DNA of 64,000 nucleotides from an uncultured Nitrospiraceae bacterium (lineage in GTDB: Bacteria; Nitrospirota; Thermodesulfovibrionia; Thermodesulfovibrionales; UBA6898): the NCBI GenBank assembly GCA_963811165.1, contig CAWEQH010000001.1, positions 128,001 to 192,000 of the forward strand, read 5' to 3'. A program made the position numbers and the translations under genes. Below, one piece after another: positions 27,727 to 40,651 of this stretch (within the stretch, counting starts at the first letter, position 1; each line of letters opens with the position of its first letter). A model generated the notes under the pieces. The model worked only from the letters and a program-made list of their open reading frames with translations, was not told the origin of the DNA and searched no databases.

Positions 27727-29568
27727 CGTATTTTCTTTTATGAAAACACCAATAAATCCATATTTGGCAAGATGCTACTGGATTTTTGGCTTTCAAATGT
27801 AGCCATATAAATTAGCATTTTATACTTGACATAGCTATTGTTATACTCTATAATAGTAGCCATGCCATTAAAGAAGAAGCCACGTCCCCACCTCGAAATA
27901 CAAACCTCCGGCAACAAGTGTTACGGGGTCATCCGCACCACATTCCGTGAGAAGGGCGAAATCAGACACACAACTCATGGGACCATCAAGGATATGAGCC
28001 TTGAACAATTAAAGCTCATACAGGCCGCCTTCAGAGGCGATGTGCTGGTAAGGGGTTCAGCCGACGCTCAAAAAGTTACAGAATCGAAGGAGTACGGCGC
28101 TTCCTATGCGGCATTGCAGTTGGCGAAGGAATTAGAGTTGGACAAAATGATCTATTCGAGATATTCCGAGCAGTGGGTTAAAGACTGTCTCGCCATGATA
28201 GTCGGCCGTCTGGTATATAGCGGCAGCAAGCTGGCGTTATCGCACAGATGGGAGGACACGGCACTATGGGAACTCTGCGGGATAGAAGGGGCGGTACGTA
28301 GATAAACAGTGCTATGGGCCTATGGATCGTCTTTTACAGAGGCAGGATGCGATCCAAATGACATTGGCGAAAAAGCATCTCCGAAACGGGGCGCTTGTAC
28401 TTTACGATATAACCAGCAGCTATTTTGAAGGCGAGTATGAAGACAGTGAGATCGTTAAATTCGGATATAACCGTGACGGTAAGCGGGGGCATGAACAGAT
28501 GGTGATAGGGCTGCTTTGCAGTCCTGATGGCTGCCCTGTGGGTGTGGAAGTTTTCCCTGGAAATACGCAGGATGCCCAAACGGTCCTCGATAAGATAGCT
28601 GAGGTGCAGAAAAGATACGGGATACAGGAGATAATTTTTATTGGGGATCGCGGAATGGTCACTCATGCCAATTACGAGAAGGTCAAAGATGTGAAAGGGC
28701 TCAATACAGTATCGGCATTAACTCACCGTCAGATAAACGAGCTTTTGCAACGCAAGGTGATCCAGGTGGACATGTTTGATGAAAAGGAGATTGTTGAAGT
28801 AGTGGATCCCCAAGACCCGGCACGGCGATACTGTTTATGCCGTAATCCAAAAACCGCAACGAGGGAAGCAACTACACGCAAAGGCTTGCTTGAGGTCACC
28901 AGAAAGCATTAGACAGGATAGCCCAATCAAAACGGAAGTCGACAACCGAGAAGATAGCGGCAAGAGTAGGAAAGATTATTGGAAAGACAAAGACAGAGAA
29001 ATTCGTAGAGTGGGCAGTACAGGATGGGCATCTCACCTGGAAATTCAAAACAGATAAGATCGAGGCTGAGGAATTGATTGACGGCTGTTATATAATTGCC
29101 TCCGATGTTCCTGCCGGGCTGATGGCAAAACAGGAAATAGTTGCGGCATATAAAAAGCTCGCGCTTGTAGAACAGGCTTTTCGTAACCTAAAAAGCGTAC
29201 AACTTGAAGTGCGGCCCGTTTATCACAAAACAGATGAGCGAATCCGCTGTCATGTGTTTATTTGCATACTTGCCTATTACTTGCAGTGGCATATGACCAG
29301 AGGCTGAAACCTCTGTTTCAGTCTGACGGCAAGAATAAAAACCGTAAGTGGACATTTGAGTATGTGATTGAGAGATTAAAGAGCATAAGAAGACAGACAC
29401 TTCAAATGCAGGGGGCTTCGTGCAGAATAGTTTGCACTCCCGATAACAATCAGCAAAAGATTCTCGATCTGCTTAAGGTAAAATTGTAGCCATTTTCTTG
29501 AAATCGGAAATCGCCCACGAATCATTGCAGCATATGGAGTTCCTCGCAGTTTTAAAAAAGAAGATACG
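27727..29568 (+). mobile_element. IS1634-family insertion sequence
   Basis: 6-bp target duplication TTAAAC (27721-26, 29569-74); imperfect TIRs CGTATTTTCTTTTATGAAAAC / GTTTTAAAAAAGAAGATACG. Confidence 0.9.
27862..29489 (+). pseudogene. IS1634 transposase (frameshifted)
   Basis: YDITSSYFEG, GYNRDGK, FPGN..D, GDRGM, VEQAFRNLK, RPVYH...RIRCHVFIC over four frames. Confidence 0.88.
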
Positions 29569-29691
29569 TTAAACGCTGGCTGGCACGGGTCGGCAAAGAG
29601 CGGATTGACGAGATAGAAAACCCTGAACTCTCCATGGAGCGGATGAAAGAGCTTTATGAAAAAAAGGGGTATCCTGCAGTTGTACAACTAA

Positions 29692-32104
<2,413 letters not shown>

Positions 32105-32165
32105 CGTACCTCTATATTGATAGTTTACTCTAAATTTTGCCCGGGTATCCCGGAACCGGCTTTCT

Positions 32166-33268
32166 CTAAATCCTCATCGGCATTATCACACAGCGGTAAT
32201 CCTCGTCCTTCTCCTCTTTGATAAGGACCGGGCTCAAGGGCGCCTGCAGATCTAAGACCACCTTTTCAGAGGCCATCGCCTCAAGGATGTCTATAAGATA
32301 CCGGGCGTTAAAACCAAGGGAGACCCCTTCCCCTGCATATTCCACTGCCAATTCGTCATGCGCCTCTCCCATATCAGGATTGGAAGAGGTAATCGCGATC
32401 ATTCCATCTGAGAGGTCGAGCTTTACTGCATTCGACCGTTCCCTGGACATTATCGCCACTCTTCGCAGGGTCTTTACAAAAGCTTCTCTTAGGACAGTCA
32501 CTCTTTTTTCGTTGGCTGAGGGAATCACCTGCTCATAATTGGGGTAAGTCCCTTCGATCAGCCTGGTAAGGAACTGTATCTCCCCTATGCTGAAAACAGG
32601 ACATGGTTTTTGCAAAGAGTCATGCGGACATTGTTTTCGTGTTTATCGAGAAGTTTCCTCAGTTCTGCTGCGGCCTTCCTGGGGATTATGAGTTTCCTCT
32701 CTTCCTTTATGCTCCCTGTGATATTTCTTTTTATCAAAGCAAGCCGGTGTCCGTCGGTCCCCACCACCGTGACACTGCCGTCAGTGAGGACATGAAAAAG
32801 AAGACCGTTAAGGGTATACCTGGTATCGCTTTCTCCCGCCGCATAGACCGTCTTTTCTATTACCTCCGCCAGGACCTTTGCCCCCACCTCAATTTCTTCC
32901 ATGTCCTCCATGCCCGGCCATGCAGGAAATTCCTTTGCGGACAGGCAAGCAAGTCTGAAGTTGCTTGCTCCGGCCTTGAGTTTCAGCCATTGTTCATCAA
33001 CCGATTCGAGCAACAGGTCGCCCTCGACCTCTCTTACGATCTCGAACATCTTCCTCGCAGGGATGCAGATTTTCCCTTCTTTTTCCACCTTTATCGCGAG
33101 GGGTTCCTTCAGTGCGGTATCGAGGTCGGTCGCAATGATAAATGAGCCCGCTTTTCCGGCGTCTAAGAGAAAATGGCTCAAAATAGGCATCGTGTTCCTC
33201 TTCTCGACAATATTCTGTATGTTCGAGAGCTTCGCCAGAATTTCGTCCTTGGAGACAATGATTTTCAT
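32166..33268 (-). CDS. dnaN: DNA polymerase III beta clamp (frameshift near 32600)
   Basis: [45 protein letters not shown]. Confidence 0.94.
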
Positions 33269-33279
33269 ATAACCCCTCC

Positions 33280-34615
33280 TTAGTTCTTTATCTTCTGTAA
33301 AAGATTTTCCATCATTCTGTTGAAGGTTTCGTCCTTCGTCCTTCTCTCTTCTATCTGCTTGCACGCATAGATTACTGTTGCGTGGTCCTTCCCGCCGAAA
33401 TGCTTTCCTATATCGCTTAGCGATACATCAGTGACCTGTTTGCTCAGATACATCGCTACCTGCCGCGGCAGCGCGATGTCCTTTGTCCTTCTTTTGGCCT
33501 TTAATGTCAGCCAGGCTTATATTATAGAAATCGCATACAATTTTTTGGATCGCCTCGACCGTGACAGGTCTTTCGTCATCATGAATAATGTCTTTCAGGA
33601 TCTTCTTTGTCGTTTCGAGGTTGATCTCCTCGCCCGTAAGGGATGACTGCGCGGCAATCCGGATAAGGCAGCCCTCGAGCTCCCTTATGTTGGATCGTAT
33701 CTTGGCGGCAAGAAAATTGGCGACATCTTCCGGAATTTTTTTTAATGCCATCATGTCCGATTTTTTATATATGATGGCGAGCTTCGTCTCTATGTCGGGC
33801 GGCTGAATATCCGCGATAAGACCCATATTAAATCTCGACCTCAGCCGGTCGGTCACCTCGCTGATTTCCTTCGGGGGCCTGTCGCAGGAAATAACGATCT
33901 GTTTTTGTTTTTCGTACAGGGCGTTGAAGGTATAAAAAAACTCTTCCTGGGTCGCGGTTTTTTTTGCGATGAACTGCACATCATCAAGCAGGAGCAGGTC
34001 GAGGTTTCTGTATTTTTCCTTCAATTCGGCCATCTTGTCATGCCTGAGGGATGAAACGACTTCATTCGTAAACTGCTCCGAGGAGACGTAGAGGACCGAG
34101 AAGTCATTGCGGGAATCGAGCACCTTATTTCCTATGGCATGCATCAAATGGGTTTTTCCCAGCCCTACGCCGCCATAAATAAAAAGGGGATTATAGGTCT
34201 TCCCGGGAGAATCGGCAACCGCGATAGCGGCCGCATGGGCAAACTGATTGCTATTGCCCGTAATAAAATTCTCAAACGTATATTTCGGATTGAGATAGAT
34301 GCCTTTGCTGGCAAGTTTTATTCTTCTGTTTTCAAGTTTTTCTATAATTTTTTTCTGATTGTTCTGCTGCTTCTCCTCGATCCTGTACCGCAGCGTGACC
34401 GGATATCCCACCACCGTCTCGATCGACTCTTTAATGAGATTGGGATAGGAATCCTCGATCCATTCCTTAAAAAAGCGGTTGGGAATTTCGAGGGTGGCCG
34501 TCTGCTCCTTTAAATGAGAGAGCTTGATGGGCTTAAACCAGAGGTCATACACGGTGCCTCCTATTTTCCCCTCTATTTTCGAAAGACTCTTATTCCATAT
34601 TTCTTCTATGGTCAT
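33280..34615 (-). CDS. dnaA: Chromosomal replication initiator (frameshift near 33500)
   Basis: [29 protein letters not shown]; shifted frame gives PRQVAMYL...[11 protein letters not shown]. Confidence 0.96.
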
Positions 34616-34619
34616 GCGC

Positions 34620-34930
34620 TAGGCTGCCTTTATTAACATATTCTTAACAATTGTTAGTAACTCGTTCCGGAAGGTATGCTATTATATCCTAATTTGATAT
34701 TTCAGACAACATCCCTGTTGCTTTCGTGTCAGCATCCTGTGCTTTTTTTCCCCGGGGGCGATGTATTGGGAAGTCGGGCATTTTCTCAACACAGATTCAA
34801 GCCGCGTTTACCTTTATGAATCAATGTCTTTTATCTTTTTTCTCCTTACTGACATCCCCTACTACCACTACTGTTTTACTTACGTAAATAAGCAATAGAA
34901 AAGAGGACAATATTATCTTGACAGAAAGAA
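34620..34930. other. Probable replication origin oriC
   Basis: Upstream of dnaA; five DnaA-box-like 9-mers; box + TCCCC + TAC/CAC trios + AT-rich tract; gene strand bias flips here; parS about 10 kb away. Confidence 0.72.
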
Positions 34931-34997
34931 TGTTGCGGCTTAATCTATTTTTCATGTTGTGTTTCCAATAACAAGGGGGAAGCGTTATCCCTAATTT

Positions 34998-35558
34998 TTG
35001 GACAAGGATACCTTGTTGAAAAAAAAATCGAAAACAGATATTGCTAAAATAGCGAATAATATCAAGCTCCTTATCCTCGATGTTGACGGGGTACTGACGG
35101 ACGGAAGTATCATTCTTGACAACAGGGGAAACGAGTATAAATCCTTTCACGTCCGGGACGGGCATGGAATAAAGATGTTGCTGCGGGCAGGTATTGTGGT
35201 AGCACTTATTACAGGCAGGAAATCCAAAGTTGTGGAAAGAAGGGCCCATGAGCTTGGCATAGAAGAGGTATATCAGAAGTGTTTTAACAAGCTGGCCGTA
35301 TATCGCACCCTCGCTGAAAAATACTTTCTTTCAGACAAAGAAGTGGCCTACATAGGTGATGATATCGTAGATGTGCCGGTAATGAAGAAGGTAGGCATGC
35401 CGGTCACAGTCGCCGATGCGGACAAGGGCGTGAAAAAGTATTCGTTGTTCATAACTAAAAACGGGGGCGGCAGAGGGGCGGTACGTGAGGTCACCGATCT
35501 TATTCTGACTTCAAAGGGCTTATGGAAAAGGATCATTGATGAGTACCTTGAGGCTTAA
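34998..35558 (+). CDS. kdsC: KDO 8-phosphate phosphatase
   Basis: LDVDGVLTDG, F.VRDG.GI, YIGDDIVD, GGRGAVRE. Confidence 0.92.
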   Translation: MDKDTLLKKKSKTDIAKIANNIKLLILDVDGVLTDGSIILDNRGNEYKSFHVRDGHGIKMLLRAGIVVALITGRKSKVVERRAHELGIEEVYQKCFNKLAVYRTLAEKYFLSDKEVAYIGDDIVDVPVMKKVGMPVTVADADKGVKKYSLFITKNGGGRGAVREVTDLILTSKGLWKRIIDEYLEA

Positions 35559-36072
35559 TGCACCAACGGTACTTACCCTAAGCAGAATAGTACTCATCCC
35601 TTTTTTTGTTATATCAGTCTACCAACATCCTGTTCTTGGGGCCCTGGTCTTTAGCATTGCTTCGATCACTGATTTCCTGGACGGCTATCTTGCGCGACGC
35701 TCGGGCCAGGTTACCAAATTTGGTATTATCATGGACCCGATTGCAGATAAGTTCCTTATTATTTCGGCGCTCATCGTGCTTGTTGACATGGAGAGGATCA
35801 CTGCATGGATGGCAATTGTGCTTATTATGCGGGAATTTCTCATTACGGCCTTGCGGGTGGTCGCCCTTTCGAGAGATATAGTAATACCGGCTGAGATGGG
35901 GGGAAAGCTCAAGACGACCGCGCAGATCAGTGCAATCCTGTGTCTTATCCTTACCGGTAATTTTTTTATTATCGACCTTTACGATGTGGGGATTGTACTT
36001 ATCTGGGTTGCACTGGTATTGGCCGTTGTCTCCGGAGTGAAATATACGATTGCCTTTTGGAGAACTATTTGA
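35539..36072 (+). CDS. pgsA: CDP-diacylglycerol-glycerol-3-phosphate 3-phosphatidyltransferase
   Basis: TDFLDGYLAR...G..MDPIADK; GKLKT. Confidence 0.93.
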   Translation: MSTLRLNAPTVLTLSRIVLIPFFVISVYQHPVLGALVFSIASITDFLDGYLARRSGQVTKFGIIMDPIADKFLIISALIVLVDMERITAWMAIVLIMREFLITALRVVALSRDIVIPAEMGGKLKTTAQISAILCLILTGNFFIIDLYDVGIVLIWVALVLAVVSGVKYTIAFWRTI

Positions 36073-36647
36073 AAATTGTGCTATTGTCGGCTCTTGCTTT
36101 TTTGCTGGGGTCTTTGCCTACCGGCTTGATTGTGGCAAGAATAAAGGGCGTGGACCTTAAAAATGCCGGAAGCGGCAACATAGGGGCCACGAATGTATTA
36201 AGAACCACAGGAAAGGGAGCTGCCCTTCTTACGCTGGCGGGGGACTCGTTGAAAGGTGTGTGTGCCGTCCTTATAGCCAGATACTTCGGCTCCGGGGTTT
36301 TATTTGAGGGGCTGGTGGGCCTCTGTGCGGTACTTGGGCATAATTTTTCCCTTTTTTTGAAGTTCAAAGGCGGCAAGGGTGTTGCTACGAGTTTAGGGGT
36401 GCTCACTATTTATTCTCCACAAACAGGGCTTTTTACTATTATAATATGGCTGATGACAGTTCTCATTACCAGATATTCTTCTCTCGGGGCCCTCGTTTCA
36501 TTCGGTCTATTGCCTCTGAGCGCATTGGTTCTTGACTCGCGCGAGAAGATGCCGGTTCTTTTGGCCTTGACGGTACTGATATTTATACGCCACAGGGACA
36601 ATATAAGCCGTATCATGAAAGGTACGGAGCCCAGGGTCGGTGCCTGA
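36057..36647 (+). CDS. plsY: Glycerol-3-phosphate acyltransferase
   Basis: GSGNIGATN, GHNF, FKGGKGVAT, H..NI.R. Confidence 0.94.
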   Translation: MENYLKIVLLSALAFLLGSLPTGLIVARIKGVDLKNAGSGNIGATNVLRTTGKGAALLTLAGDSLKGVCAVLIARYFGSGVLFEGLVGLCAVLGHNFSLFLKFKGGKGVATSLGVLTIYSPQTGLFTIIIWLMTVLITRYSSLGALVSFGLLPLSALVLDSREKMPVLLALTVLIFIRHRDNISRIMKGTEPRVGA

Positions 36648-36649
36648 AT

Positions 36650-38344
36650 ATGAGATGGGCCACGTTTTTCTTATTTTTGTCTGTCGTTTTTCAGCCATCG
36701 ATTTCGTTTTGCGATGATTTTTTCGAGGGCCAATTAAACAAGGGCATCAAAAACTCCGATACGTATTCATATGTCTTGATGGAAAAGGCCCATCAGGACA
36801 GGGCACATGCGGTTGAACTGCTGAGGAGGGCCCTTCTGTATTCTCCCGATCTCCCCGCCGTATATTTCGAGTTGTCTAAGGCCGTCTTTTCTTTCTCGGC
36901 CGATGGGATTTTAAACAGCATCGATTACATAGTACAGGGCATAGATGCCTATTCGAGAAATTTTTGGTGGTCTTTTACCCTTGCGGGTTGCCTTTTTTTT
37001 GGCGGGATCATTTCACTTGTGGTTGCAGTTTCGCTGATTGTTATCATAAGACTGTTTACTGACATTCCCCTTGTCTCCCACGATATAGAGGAGACTTTTT
37101 CGAGGGGACTGATCCTGGTCGTTATTATGGCCCTTTCGCTGGCAAGTCCCCTTTTGTTTATTGGGGGGACCCTGATACTTCTTGGCATCTATATGAAAAA
37201 ATACGACAGATCCATAGTGTATCTGTTCCTTCTTTTCCTGGCCTTTTATCCGGTTTTTTCCAAGATGGCAACGACGTATGTCAGGACCTCGTCATCGGGA
37301 ATCGTAAAGGCGATTGTGAAAGTAAACGAGGGGAAAGACAGCGATTATGCGATTTCGGTGTTGAAAGACAACAAGGACTACGCCCCTCTTTATTCCTATG
37401 CGCTGGCCTTGAAGAGGAAAGGGCGCTATGAAGAAGCGATAGCCGTTTACAAAAGGTTGCTTGAAATCAAACGTGACGCGGGGGTCTACGTGAATCTTGG
37501 CAACTGTTATGTAGGTCTGTATAATTTCGAGGAAGGAAAAAGGTCAATCCTCCAGCAAGCGACAGAGTCATATACCGCCGCGATAGGCGTGAAACCTCTT
37601 CCTTCTGCGTATTATAACCTCTCGCAGGTTTCTCGTGAGATGCTCGATTTTACTGCCGGCGAGCAGTTTTTTAAGTCGGCGCTCGCTGTTGACAGGGTGG
37701 CAGTAGCGGGATATAGGGCAATAGCCGGCAGGAACGTAAACAGGTTCGTAATAGACGAGACACTCACGCCTCCGGAAATCTGGGATTTTGTGTTTACGCG
37801 GTTTTATACCTCCTCCTCCTCTGTGCTCGCCTCGGTTGCGCCTTGGGCGATTTCCTTGGCTGCGGTAATCCTGTTCATTCTTTTCTATATTCTGGATACG
37901 CTCTGGCATCAACATTCTTTCAGATGCAGAAAGTGCGGCACGATTCTCTGTTTTAAATGTGAAAAAAGAATCATGTGGGGAGAGATGTGTCCCCAATGTT
38001 TCGGGTCCCTCGTAAAACTCGATGAACTCGACGTGAAAGAGAGGGTCTCCTGGCTTTTGGGTATTTACGAGCAGCAGCGCAGACACAGGGACACGATGAA
38101 GGTCTTGTCTTTTACTTTTCCGGGTCTTACCTATATTTATGCGGGGAGAATATTGGCGGGTTTCCTTTTTCTCTGGCCTTTCTTATTCTTTCTGCTGCTC
38201 TTGGTAACTCTCAAGACATTCGTCCCCGATAGTCATTTGATATCTCACGGCTTTTTCAAGTGGGCGGCGCTATGGATCAGCGCGGGGTTCTATCTTATTT
38301 CTCATTACTTTACAAAAAAGAGGATTGCAAAGGGATGGCTTTAG
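36650..38344 (+). CDS. Membrane TPR protein with Cys-rich (CxxC) motif
   Basis: TM segments, TPR repeats (YEEAIAVYK, YVNLGN), CRKCG..C.KC...CPQC. Confidence 0.75.
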   Translation: MRWATFFLFLSVVFQPSISFCDDFFEGQLNKGIKNSDTYSYVLMEKAHQDRAHAVELLRRALLYSPDLPAVYFELSKAVFSFSADGILNSIDYIVQGIDAYSRNFWWSFTLAGCLFFGGIISLVVAVSLIVIIRLFTDIPLVSHDIEETFSRGLILVVIMALSLASPLLFIGGTLILLGIYMKKYDRSIVYLFLLFLAFYPVFSKMATTYVRTSSSGIVKAIVKVNEGKDSDYAISVLKDNKDYAPLYSYALALKRKGRYEEAIAVYKRLLEIKRDAGVYVNLGNCYVGLYNFEEGKRSILQQATESYTAAIGVKPLPSAYYNLSQVSREMLDFTAGEQFFKSALAVDRVAVAGYRAIAGRNVNRFVIDETLTPPEIWDFVFTRFYTSSSSVLASVAPWAISLAAVILFILFYILDTLWHQHSFRCRKCGTILCFKCEKRIMWGEMCPQCFGSLVKLDELDVKERVSWLLGIYEQQRRHRDTMKVLSFTFPGLTYIYAGRILAGFLFLWPFLFFLLLLVTLKTFVPDSHLISHGFFKWAALWISAGFYLISHYFTKKRIAKGWL

Positions 38345-39390
38345 AAGGATCTTTAACCGATTTCGGACTGGCGGACATTCTTCAACTTATTTATTTTCAG
38401 CGTAAGACCGGCATACTGACGCTTGACGGCAAGCTTGACAAGATCAAATTACTCTTTATGGACGGCAACGTCGTCGGCGCGGAATCAAAGCGAAGAATCG
38501 ATGACAACCGGCTTGGCAAGATTTTGCTTAAACGAAGGCTCATTGGGGAAGGCGATCTTGAAGCCGCACTGGAAGAACAGAAAAAAACGAAGGCGAAGCT
38601 TGGGACTATTATTGTTCAAAAAGAATTCGTCGACAAGGGGATCGTTGGGGACATTATCAACAGCCAGATAACGGAAACAGTGATACAGATCTTCAACTGG
38701 AAACAGGGCACCTATGAATTTACTTCTCAGGGCATTCCCCAAGACAAAGTGCTCTCTACATCTCTTGACACGCAACATCTGCTTATGGAAGGGCTAAGAA
38801 TCGTCGACGAATGGTCTCTGATAAGGGGAAGGATTACGCTCGATACCGTCTTTAGGAAGCGCGGAGAGGGCATATCGGATCTGAATGAGGAAGAGGTTGA
38901 AATCTTAAAGTATGTAGACGGAGAAAATGACGTGAGCACTATTATTGACCTGAGCGGAGGGGATAATTTCCAGATTTCAAAAACTCTTCTTTCGCTGATG
39001 GAAAGGGGGGTTGTCGAAGAAGCTGAATTGGCCCCTCTTATTTCGGAGGCTGAAGCTGAAGCGGTTAAAAAGAGAAAGTCCTTGCCTCCGATGAGGTTGC
39101 TGGTTTCTGCGGCGCTCTGCATATCATTGATCCTTTCGGTGTCTGTCACGGCATTTAGTAAAGGGGGCCTTTCCAAGGAGTTTAAGGCCGGTGGAATGCT
39201 TGATAAGATAAGGTTTACCATTGAGACCTACAAACTTGAGCATTCGAGTTATCCCCCCAGCCTTGATATTATTTCGAACGAGAGAGATCCTTGGGGACAT
39301 CCGTTTATATACAGGGTTTCAGATGATTCATTCTTTCTTGCAAGCGCCGGGGCTGACGGGAAAGAAGGGACCGGGGATGACATTTACTGA
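38335..39390 (+). CDS. DUF4388 (PATAN-like) protein with C-terminal GspG-like domain
   Basis: MALEGSL.DF.LADILQLI...KTG.L; LG.IL; C-terminal YP.SL...DPWGHPFIY...SAGADGKEGTGDDI. Confidence 0.8.
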   Translation: MALEGSLTDFGLADILQLIYFQRKTGILTLDGKLDKIKLLFMDGNVVGAESKRRIDDNRLGKILLKRRLIGEGDLEAALEEQKKTKAKLGTIIVQKEFVDKGIVGDIINSQITETVIQIFNWKQGTYEFTSQGIPQDKVLSTSLDTQHLLMEGLRIVDEWSLIRGRITLDTVFRKRGEGISDLNEEEVEILKYVDGENDVSTIIDLSGGDNFQISKTLLSLMERGVVEEAELAPLISEAEAEAVKKRKSLPPMRLLVSAALCISLILSVSVTAFSKGGLSKEFKAGGMLDKIRFTIETYKLEHSSYPPSLDIISNERDPWGHPFIYRVSDDSFFLASAGADGKEGTGDDIY

Positions 39391-39458
39391 GCATCCGAAA
39401 TTGTTGTTCCATTCGCCGAAAAAAATGTGCGTGATGATTTGTCGGAAAAAATAATTCG

Positions 39459-40319
39459 ATGCAGTTGAAGTCTTTAGCGCACGGGCAGAACTGCAGGGCT
39501 GTGGTGCTCTTGAGCGGGGGGGTCGATTCCTCGACTGCCCTGGCCATAGCGAAAGCAGAGGGGTACAAGGTGCATGCCCTAAGTTTTAATTACAATCAGA
39601 GGCACGGGGTGGAACTCGCATTTGCAAAGAGGATAGCGTCTTCTTTGAAAGTTGAAAGGCACCTCGTCACGGAATTCGATCTTAGGGAGATAGGGGGGTC
39701 GGCGCTTACGTCCGATATTGAGGTGCCAAAGGAAAGTGCTGAGGCGCAAAAACGGGTAAGCGCAAAAGACAGAGATTTTGCGGAGACGTCTTCTCACTTT
39801 CCGAGCGAGCAGACGCACGGCCTTATTCCTGTCACGTACGTCCCCGCGAGGAATACGATATTTCTTTCAGTGGCCCTCGCCTGGGCCGAGGTGCTTGAAG
39901 CTGAAAGCATCTTCATTGGAGCGAATGCGGTCGATTACAGCGGATATCCGGACTGCAGGCCCGAGTACTTGAGGGCCTTTGAAGATATGGCTAATCTTGC
40001 GACAAAGGTGTCGGTAGAGGGGAGATTGAAATTCAGGATTAGGGCCCCGCTCATTTCCATGAAGAAGTCTGAGATAATAAGAAAAGGTATCGAACTCGGT
40101 TTGGATTATTCTCTCACATGGAGTTGTTATGACCCGCAAGTCACCGGTGGGGGAGGAGGGCCGGAAGGGCGGGGATCTGCAGATACGGTGAAAGTGTTAT
40201 CTTCGGATCTTGAGGAGGTCAGCGCCATGGTCAGGCCATGCGGCCGCTGTGACAGCTGCAGGCTTCGTGAGAAGGGCTTTTTTGAGGCGGGCATTGAGGA
40301 CCCGGGAAGGAAGTCATAG
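39459..40319 (+). CDS. queC: 7-cyano-7-deazaguanine synthase
   Basis: LSGGVDS, YVPARN, SGYPDCR, TWSCY, CGRCDSC. Confidence 0.95.
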   Translation: MQLKSLAHGQNCRAVVLLSGGVDSSTALAIAKAEGYKVHALSFNYNQRHGVELAFAKRIASSLKVERHLVTEFDLREIGGSALTSDIEVPKESAEAQKRVSAKDRDFAETSSHFPSEQTHGLIPVTYVPARNTIFLSVALAWAEVLEAESIFIGANAVDYSGYPDCRPEYLRAFEDMANLATKVSVEGRLKFRIRAPLISMKKSEIIRKGIELGLDYSLTWSCYDPQVTGGGGGPEGRGSADTVKVLSSDLEEVSAMVRPCGRCDSCRLREKGFFEAGIEDPGRKS

Positions 40320-40370
40320 CAATGAGGGTTAATCTTTGATACTATAGCAAATAAATTTTGAGGAGGGCAG

Positions 40371-40649
40371 ATGGAAGAAAAACTTTCTCATGAGGAGTTT
40401 GTAAAAAGGGCCATTGTGAGTCTGAGGAAAGAGGGATTTAAGGGCATACATTCGGTTTACTCGGGGTTCAACGAGGCATTCAAGAAATATTTTGGCGATG
40501 AGAACCCGGTCGACGCGACAAATAAACTTGCCGCCGAGGGCAAGATCGTTATCAGGCCGGTTAAGGGGGGTGTCATGTTATATATGCCGGAAGATGCTCC
40601 CGGCTCGGGAGGTGCGGAGCAGGTACTGAAGAAGATGGGGCTCGGCTAA
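40371..40649 (+). CDS. Conserved hypothetical protein
   Basis: GAGGAGG SD; KGIHSVYSGFN motif; abuts selA. Confidence 0.75.
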   Translation: MEEKLSHEEFVKRAIVSLRKEGFKGIHSVYSGFNEAFKKYFGDENPVDATNKLAAEGKIVIRPVKGGVMLYMPEDAPGSGGAEQVLKKMGLG

Positions 40650-40651
40650 GA

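Larger units (their letters stand above)
27416..29677 (+). pseudogene. Bro-N (antirepressor-like) gene, split by IS1634 and truncated
   Basis: KLAVFQGK..RK.....WWFSIIDV...PRKYWNDLK...IIQSIPSPKVEPLK | RWLARVGKERIDEIENPELSMERM...KGYP resumes in frame at 29575. Confidence 0.8.
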
